A stretch of DNA of 62,342 bases, filler included, from Nemertoderma westbladi (lineage: Eukaryota > Animalia > Xenacoelomorpha), in NCBI GenBank assembly GCA_032718475.1. It is 3 parts of 3 records of this genome, joined end to end, with 100 filler letters (N's around TTAATTAATTAA, not from the genome) between each part and the next. Parts side by side here need not be neighbours in the genome. Positions count along the whole stretch, not along the records: positions 31,347 to 58,700 come from JAUCBJ010004548.1; positions 58,801 to 62,342 come from JAUCBJ010003743.1; 1 more part is not named here. One strand, written 5' to 3'. The notes beneath the pieces were generated by a model. It was not told the DNA's origin and did not search any database. It saw nothing but the letters and a program-made list of their open reading frames with translations. Position numbers and translations under genes: made by a program. Shown here piece after piece: positions 54,101 through 62,342 of this stretch; the stretch's first letter is position 1, and each line of letters begins with the position of its first letter.

Positions 54101-57100
54101 TCACATCATCCACTAGAGTATGTCCAATAGTTCCGTTCTACAGATACTCACATCATCCACTAGAGTATGTCCAATAGTTCCGTTCTACAGATACTCACAT
54201 CATCCACTAGAGTATGTCCAATAGTTCCGTTCTACAGATACTCACATCATCCACTAGAGTATGTCCAATAGTTCCGTTCTACAGATACTCACATCATCCA
54301 CTAGAGTATGTCCAATAGTTCCGTTCTACAGATACTCACATCATCCACTAGAGTATGTCCAATAGTTCCGTTCTACAGATACTCACATCATCCACTAGAG
54401 TATGTCCAATAGTTCCGTTCTACAGATACTCACATCATCCACTAGAGTATGTCCAATAGTTCCGTTCTACAGATACTCACATCATCCACTAGAGTATGTC
54501 CAATAGTTCCGTTCTACAGATACTCACATCATCCACTAGAGTATGTCCAATAGTTCCGTTCTACAGATACTCACATCATCCACTAGAGTATGTCCAATAG
54601 TTCGCTCTACAGATACTCACATCATCCACTAGAGTATGTCCAATAGTTCCGTTCTACAGATACTCACATCATCCACTAGAGTATGTCCAATAGTTCCGTT
54701 CTACAGATACTCACATCATCCACTAGAGTATGTCCAATAGTTCCGTTCTACAGATACTCACATCATCCACGAGTATGTCCCATAGTTCCGTTCTACAGAT
54801 ACTCACATCATCCACTAGAGTATGTCCAATAGTTCCGTTCTACAGATACTCACATCATCCACTAGAGTATGTCCAATAGTTCCGTTCTACAGATACTCAC
54901 ATCATCCACGAGTATGTCCAATAGTTCCGTTCTACAGATACTCACATCATCCACTAGAGTATGTCCAATAGTTCCGTTCTACAGATACTCACATCATCCA
55001 CTATAGTATGTCCAATAGTTCCGTTCTACAGATACTCACATCAACCACTAGAGTATGTCCAATAGTTCCGTTCTACAGATACTCACATCAACCACTATAG
55101 TATGTCCAATAGTTCCGTTCTACAGATACTCACATCAACCACTAGAGTATGTCCAATAGTTCCGTTCTACAGATACTCACATCATCCACTAGAGTATGTC
55201 CAATAGTTCCGTTCTACAGATACTCACATCATCCACTAGAGTATGTCCAATAGTTCCGTTCTACAGATACTCACATCATCCACTAGAGTATGTCCAATAG
55301 TTCCGTTCTACAGATACTCACATCATCCACTACAGTATGTCCAATAGTTCCGTTCTACAGATACTCACATCATCCACTAGAGTATGTCCAATAGTTCCGT
55401 TCTACAGATACTCACATCATCCACTAGAGTATGTCCAATAGTTCCGCTCTACAGATACTCACATCATCCACTATAGTATGTCCAATAGTTCCGTTCTACA
55501 GATACTCACATCATCCACGAGTATGTCCAATAGTTCCGTTCTACAGATACTCACATCATCCACTAGAGTATGTCCAATAGTTCGCTCTACATATACTCAC
55601 ATCATCCACTAGAGTATGTCCAATAGTTCCGTTCTACAGATACTCACATCATCCACGAGTATGTCCAATAGTTCCGTTCTACAGATACTCACATCATCCA
55701 CTAGAGTATGTCCAATAGTTCCGTTCTACAGATACTCACATCATCCACTAGAGTATGTCCAATAGTTCCGTTCTACAGATACTCACATCATCCACTAGAG
55801 TATGTCCAATAGTTCCGTTCTACAGATACTCACATCATCCACTAGAGTATGTCCAATAGTTCCGTTCTACAGATACTCACATCATCCACTAGAGTATGTC
55901 CAATAGTTCCGTTCTACAGATACTCACATCAACCACTAGAGTATGTCCAATAGTTCCGTTCTACAGATACTCACATCATCCACTAGAGTATGTCCAATAG
56001 TTCCGTTCTACAGATACTCACATCATCCACTAGAGTATGTCCAATAGTTCCGTTCTACAGATACTCACAACATCCACTAGAGTATGTCCAATAGTTCGCT
56101 CTACATATACTCACATCATCCACTAGAGTATGTCCAATAGTTCCGCTCTACAGATACTCACATCATCCACTAGAGTATGTCCAATAGTTCCGTTCTACAG
56201 ATACTCACATCATCCACTAGAGTATGTCCAATAGTTCCGTTCTACAGATACTCACATCATCCACTAGAGTATGTCCAATAGTTCCGTTCTACAGATACTC
56301 ACATCATCCACTAGAGTATGTCCAATAGTTCGCTCTACAGATACTCACATCATCCACTAGAGTATGTCCAATAGTTCCGCTCTACAGATACTCACATCAT
56401 CCACTAGAGTATGTCCAATAGTTCCGTTCTACAGATACTCACATCATCCACTAGAGTATGTCCAATAGTTCCGTTCTACAGATACTCACATCATCCACTA
56501 GAGTATGTCCAATAGTTCCGTTCTACAGATACTCACATCATCCACTAGAGTATGTCCAATAGTTCCGTTCTACAGATACTCACATCATCCACTAGAGTAT
56601 GTCCAATAGTTCCGCTCTACAGATACTCACATCATCCACTAGAGTATGTCCAATAGTTCCGTTCTACAGATACTCACATCATCCACTAGAGTATGTCCAA
56701 TAGTTCCGTTCTACAGATACTCACATCATCCACTAGAGTATGTCCAATAGTTCCGTTCTACAGATACTCACATCATCCACTAGAGTATGTCCAATAGTTC
56801 CGTTCTACAGATACTCACATCATCCACTAGAGTATGTCCAATAGTTCCGTTCTACAGATACTCACATCATCCACTAGAGTATGTCCAATAGTTCCGTTCT
56901 ACAGATACTCACATCATCCACTAGAGTATGTCCAATAGTTCCGTTCTACAGATACTCACATCATCCACTAGAGTATGTCCAATAGTTCCGTTCTACAGAT
57001 ACTCACATCATCCACTAGAGTATGTCCAATAGTTCCGTTCTACAGATACTCACATCATCCACTAGAGTATGTCCAATAGTTCCGTTCTACAGATACTCAC

Positions 57101-58700
57101 ATCATCCACTAGAGTATGTCCAATAGTTCCGTTCTACAGATACTCACATCATCCACTAGAGTATGTCCAATAGTTCCGTTCTACAGATACTCACATCATC
57201 CACTAGAGTATGTCCAATAGTTCCGTTCTACAGATACTCACATCATCCACTAGAGTATGTCCAATAGTTCCGTTCTACAGATACTCACATCATCCACTAG
57301 AGTATGTCCAATAGTTCCGTTCTACAGATACTCACATCATCCACTAGAGTATGTCCAATAGTTCCGTTCTACAGATACTCACATCATCCACTAGAGTATG
57401 TCCAATAGTTCCGTTCTACAGATACTCACATCATCCACTAGAGTATGTCCAATAGTTCCGTTCTACAGATACTCACATCATCCACTAGAGTATGTCCAAT
57501 AGTTCCGTTCTACAGATACTCACATCATCCACTAGAGTATGTCCAATAGTTCGCTCTACAGATACTCACATCATCCACTAGAGTATGTCCAATAGTTCCG
57601 TTCTACAGATACTCACATCATCCACTAGAGTATGTCCAATAGTTCCGTTCTACAGATACTCACATCATCCACTAGAGTATGTCCAATAGTTCCGTTCTAC
57701 AGATACTCACATCATCCACTAGAGTATGTCCAATAGTTCCGTTCTACAGATACTCACATCATCCACTAGAGTATGTCCAATAGTTCCGTTCTACAGATAC
57801 TCACATCATCCACTAGAGTATGTCCAATAGTTCCGTTCTACAGATACTCACATCATCCACTAGAGTATGTCCAATAGTTCCGCTCTACAGATACTCACAT
57901 CATCCACTAGAGTATGTCCAATAGTTCCGCTCTACAGATACTCACATCATCCACTAGAGTATGTCCAATAGTTCCGTTCTACAGATACTCACATCATCCA
58001 CTAGAGTATGTCCAATAGTTCCGTTCTACAGATACTCACATCATCCACTAGAGTATGTCCAATAGTTCCGTTCTACAGATACTCACATCATCCACTAGAG
58101 TATGTCCAATAGTTCCGTTCTACAGATACTCACATCATCCACTAGAGTATGTCCAATAGTTCCGTTCTACAGGTACTCACATCATCCACTAGAGTATGTC
58201 CAATAGTTCCGTTCTACAGATACTCACATCATCCACTAGAGTATGTCCAATAGTTCCGTTCTACAGATACTCACATCATCCACTAGAGTATGTCCAATAG
58301 TTCCGTTCTACAGATACTCACATCATCCACTAGAGTATGTCCAATAGTTCCGCTCTACAGATACTCACATCATCCACTAGAGTATGTCCAATAGTTCCGT
58401 TCTACAGATACTCACATCATCCACTAGAGTATGTCCAATAGTTCCGTTCTACAGGTACTCACATCATCCACTAGAGTATGTCCAATAGTTCCGTTCTACA
58501 GATACTCACATCATCCACTAGAGTATGTCCAATAGTTCCGTTCTACAGATACTCACATCATCCACTAGAGTATGTCCAATAGTTCCGTTCTACAGATACT
58601 CACATCATCCACTAGAGTATGTCCAATAGTTCCGTTCTACAGATACTCACATCATCCACTAGAGTATGTCCAATAGTTCCGTTCTACAGATACTCACATC
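51149..58700 (-). repeat. Satellite, 47-bp unit, about 160 near-identical copies running into the contig end; unit is the inferred GGT exon end plus donor
   Basis: Minus-strand unit gtgagtatctgtag + aacggaactattggacatactctagtggatgat (NGTIGHTLVDD). Confidence 0.95.
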
Positions 58701-58800
58701 NNNNNNNNNNNNNNNNNNNNNNNNNNNNNNNNNNNNNNNNNNNNTTAATTAATTAANNNNNNNNNNNNNNNNNNNNNNNNNNNNNNNNNNNNNNNNNNNN
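58701..58800. other. Artificial contig linker
   Basis: N run + TTAATTAATTAA + N run, 100 nt in total. Confidence 0.97.
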
Positions 58801-58990
58801 GAAATCAACGCCCAAACTTTTGGAATCCCAGTATATTCTAGCAAAGTGGGTCATGAAACATATATCTCACTGGTTTTTATTTTATCCTAAATACAATATA
58901 ATTAATGAAATTGGTAACAAAAATAAATACGAATCTTAGTTTTCGTTATTATTACTATTTATTATTATTATTCTATTATTTTATTATTTT

Positions 58991-59796
58991 TTCGAAGTGT
59001 TGACATGGGCTCTAAATTCCTTTCGAAGTGTTGACATGGGCTCTAAATTCCTTTCGAAGTGTTGACATGGGCTCTAAATTCCTTTCGAAGTGTTGACATG
59101 GGCTCTAAATTCCTTTCGAAGTGTTGACATGGGCTCTAAATTCCTTTCGAAGTGTTGACATGGGCTCTAAATTCCTTTCGAAGTGTTGACATGGGCTCTA
59201 AATTCCTTTCGAAGTGTTGACATGGGCTCTAAATTCCTTTCGAAGTGTTGACATGGGCTCTAAATTCCTTTCGAAGTGATGACATGGGCTCTAAATTCCT
59301 TTCGAAGTGTTGACATGGGCTCTAAATTCCTTTTGAAGTGTTGACATGGGCTCTAAATTCCTTTCGAAGTGTTGACATGGTTTTTCGAAGTGTTGACATG
59401 GGCTCTAAATTCCTTTCGAAGTGTTGACATGGTTTTTCGAAGTGTTGACATGGGCTCTACATGGTTTTTCGAAGTGTTGACATGGGCTCTAAATTCCTTT
59501 CGAAGTGTTGACATGGTTTTTCGAAGTGTTGACATGGGCTCTAAATTCCTTTCGAAGTGTTGACATGGGCTCTAAATTCCTTTCGAATTGTTGACATGGT
59601 TTTTCGAAGTGTTGACATGGGCTCTAAATTCCTTTCGAAGTGTTGACATGGTTTTTCGAAGTGTTGACATGGGCTCTAAATTCCTTTCGAAGTGTTGACA
59701 TGGTTTTTTCGAAGTGTTGACCATTTCGAAGTGTTGACCATTTCGAAGTGTTGACTATTTCGAAGTGTTGACTATTTCGAACTGTTGACACGGAAT
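58991..59796. repeat. Minisatellite of 31-bp units grading into 22- and 17-bp units
   Basis: ttcgaagtgttgacatgggctctaaattcct, then ttcgaagtgttgacatggtttt, then ttcgaagtgttgaccat, ending ctgttgacacggaatc. Confidence 0.9.
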
Positions 59797-59834
59797 CAAT
59801 CAGTGATAAAGGATATTCATTTTTCCCTATCGCA

Positions 59835-59995
59835 CAATTCGGCTTCCTACCGGGAAGGTCTACAGCACAACCCATCGCACAACTAATAAGGTTCATCACC
59901 TCTAGCTTCAGCCAACCTAGGAAACCCTATAAGCATGTTTCGAAGGCGTTCGATTCCATTCCGAGCAATAAACTAATCGGACGTTTATTTGGATT
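59835..59995 (+). pseudogene. LINE reverse transcriptase fragment
   Basis: QFGFLPGRSTAQPIAQL...VSKAFDSIPSNKLI. Confidence 0.7.
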
Positions 59996-60005
59996 AAAAT
60001 GTAGA

Positions 60006-60201
60006 ATGTTGCTGTCCGCCGGTAGGGGGCGCTATGTTGCTGGGTCCGCCGGTAGGGGGCGCTATGTTGCTGGGTCCGCCGGTAGGGGGCGCTATGTTGC
60101 TGGGTCCGCCGGTAGGGAGCGCTATGTTACTGGGTCCGCCGGTAGGAGGCGCTATGTTGCTGGGTCCGCCGGTAGGAGGCGCTATGTTACTGGGTCCGCC
60201 G
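60006..60201. repeat. Minisatellite, 30-bp unit, about 6.5 copies, in the intron before the PIBF1 exon
   Basis: gctatgttgctgggtccgccggtagggggc. Confidence 0.9.
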
Positions 60202-60252
60202 ACACTGCATCTTAGTGCAAGCCGATCGTTAATGCGTACTTTTTTTTTCTAG

Positions 60253-61107
60253 GTTGAGGCGAGGGTCGTCAAGGAGATGAGAGATAATGCTGTTCTAGAA
60301 CGCGACAGGGCTGTGTTTGCTGAGAGAGAAGCAACGGCTCGATACGAGAAACTCTACGAGGAATCCAAGTCGATACAATCGAAGTTGGAGCTCCGGAGTT
60401 CCGACCTGCAGTCGGAGTTGAAGCTGAAATCGTTCGAGTTGGATCGACTGCAGATGATTTACAACGAATCCAACGCGAATCTACAGAAATACAAATTGGA
60501 GGCGGAGAAAGCGAACCGGAAACTCGAGACTGTAGGCCGGGAGTTCTACGGGTTGCAGACAGTGTCGGAAGGCCGTATCCGGGAGCTGGAAGCGGAGTTG
60601 TCGGAGGCGACTAGGAGGTTGGCCGAGGTCGACGGGTTGGAGAGGGAGTTGGACGAGGTGGTGGTGGAGTTGGCCGACCCGGAAGGGCCGGAGGGGGGCG
60701 ACACCGGGAGGTCGGAAGCCCGGCAGACGGTTCGGTTGGCCCAGAAACTCCTCGCCACGGAGCGGAAGAATCTCCGTCTGGCAGGGGATCTGAGTCGACG
60801 GGACGAGTTGGTGGAAGAACTCCGGGCCGAGAAGGATTCCCTGCAGCGGTTGGTCGAGGAGGCTAGTTGTCCAGGAAACGTTATGATAGCCACGTTGAAA
60901 GAGAAAGAGAAGTCGATACAACGGGAGCGGATGTTGGTTAGTAAGTTGGAGAAACAGATGGCGAGTGTAACTGAAGAGAGGGATCAGCTGCTTAGTATTA
61001 AGAACCAATTATCTCGCGATTTGGAGCGGTTATTGTCCAATCACGAACAAGTAACCGTGTTGCGTAATTTAGTAAATAAATTACAGGATTCTGAGGGGCT
61101 AATTTGA
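60253..61107 (+). CDS. PIBF1: Progesterone-induced blocking factor 1 (CEP90), terminal coding exon
   Basis: Polypyrimidine tract and tag acceptor at 60250-60252. RDNAVLERDRAV..LKLKSFELDRLQ..KLETVGREFYGLQ..RIRELEA..LERELDEVV..KNQLSRDLERLL match the PIBF1 coiled-coil motifs as recalled. Confidence 0.85.
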   Translation, partial: VEARVVKEMRDNAVLERDRAVFAEREATARYEKLYEESKSIQSKLELRSSDLQSELKLKSFELDRLQMIYNESNANLQKYKLEAEKANRKLETVGREFYGLQTVSEGRIRELEAELSEATRRLAEVDGLERELDEVVVELADPEGPEGGDTGRSEARQTVRLAQKLLATERKNLRLAGDLSRRDELVEELRAEKDSLQRLVEEASCPGNVMIATLKEKEKSIQRERMLVSKLEKQMASVTEERDQLLSIKNQLSRDLERLLSNHEQVTVLRNLVNKLQDSEGLI

Positions 61108-62342
61108 TACAAAAGTACAGAGGTGGGGGAGGGGGGGGGCTGTCTAAAAATGTAGCTTCTCCAGTTAGATTACTATTAAATATATATTTAATGTCTATTT
61201 GAATTATATTGTATGTATTAACTATTATATATGAAAGCCGACCAACCGACCACAGGTGACTTCGTGACTTATGGAGGATCGCTAGAAGTTGGCTTAGTTT
61301 ACATAGGGAGTTTAGGTTAGGCCAAGTTCCAACCATTCTTCGATCATGTATAAAGACGACTATTCGACACTGTGTCTGAAAGTAAAACTAAAACGATTGA
61401 TTGCCTAAAACGTGATGAGTTATAATTGATTAGACAATAAGGCTTGTGACCTGCAGACTGGGTAATTGTAAAGTAATTAATAAAGTTATAGTAGTTAAAT
61501 AATAATAATTAGAATTGTAATAGTCAATTAAATTATTTGTTTTGCCAATTGTTGCTATTTTATAAACCTTTAAGTTTCCGCAGCAATATTTAATAATCAA
61601 TATGTAAAATGGTAGAAGCCAAAATACTTTAGGAATTAAATAGTTTAGTTAAAAAAAATAGTTTAGAATTACCCGTAACTTTTAACGTAACTTAACTTTT
61701 ATTTTAAAAAAATAAAGTAACATTTTTTTGTCAGACTTTATGTTTTCTCGGCCTTCGGTCTCGAAAAAAATATGCTTTTCTATTCCTGGAAAACGCAGGT
61801 TATAAATTCGGACAAAAAAATGTTACGTTCTTTTTGTAAAATATATTGTTTTCTTTAAAATATCCCCTTTATTATCCGCAAAAGTGCGAACAATAAATTC
61901 GAATCAATTTTCATTAATGCGGATATTAAAATATTTATCCAATCAACGATCTGAAACTTAATTCTGTTGATTTCACATTTTACTGATTTTTTTTACAAAG
62001 TTTAAGTTGGCCTGATTTGAAACTGTGTCGAAAATTTCAACAAATTTGCTCAGGTTTAAAGACAATTTAAAAATAGAATTAAGTATTGCACAGCACATGG
62101 GATTATTAACCTCGCTGACCTTCGGTAATTAAAATGCCCCGAGAATAGTGAAAAAAAGTTCTATTATTTTCCCATGTAAAAAGAAATTATTTTGTCCTTC
62201 TCGGATTATAAATTCGGACAAAAAAATGTTACTTCCTTTTTGTAAAAGAAATAGTTATTGATTTTATGATATTTTGTATTTAGTATTTCCTTCACACTTG
62301 ACCTAGTATAGAACTACAATATTAACAGGGAGACAGGCTACT

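Noticed and set aside
51149-58700. CRISPR array
   Set aside because: Units are contiguous and near-identical with no unique spacers; the context is eukaryotic and there are no cas genes.
31247-58800. Linkage or synteny between the three segments
   Set aside because: The joins are artificial linkers, so adjacency across them carries no information.
60006-60201. 30-bp repeat as a third exon-end/donor array (contains g|gtaggg)
   Set aside because: Its translations do not resemble the PIBF1 sequence expected upstream of the exon, and it is preceded by an RT fragment rather than an exon.

Overview
AT-rich eukaryotic (animal-like, probably invertebrate) genomic DNA. It consists of three contigs joined by artificial N/TTAATTAATTAA/N linkers (1-31246, 31347-58700, 58801-62342). 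Contig 1 has no recognisable host gene: it holds nested non-autonomous DNA transposons, decayed LINEs, a tRNA-derived SINE, minisatellites and a candidate hammerhead ribozyme. Contig 2 carries the 3' end of a WNK-like kinase gene (+) and five phase-compatible exons of a gamma-glutamyltranspeptidase (GGT) gene (-), with an intronless CHMP3/VPS24 gene nested on the same strand in one GGT intron. Contig 3 carries the last exon of PIBF1. The most striking observation is that both large satellites in the GGT gene (37/42/45-bp units at 48162-50075; 47-bp units at 51149-58700) are amplified copies of the gene's own exon end plus 5' splice site. Together they give about 200 tandem donor sites, and each array stops exactly at the exon-end nucleotide. 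Paired repeat copies also show TA to TACTGTA/TACCGGTA insertions typical of DNA-transposon excision footprints. All calls come from reading by eye and recalled family motifs; no searches were run.
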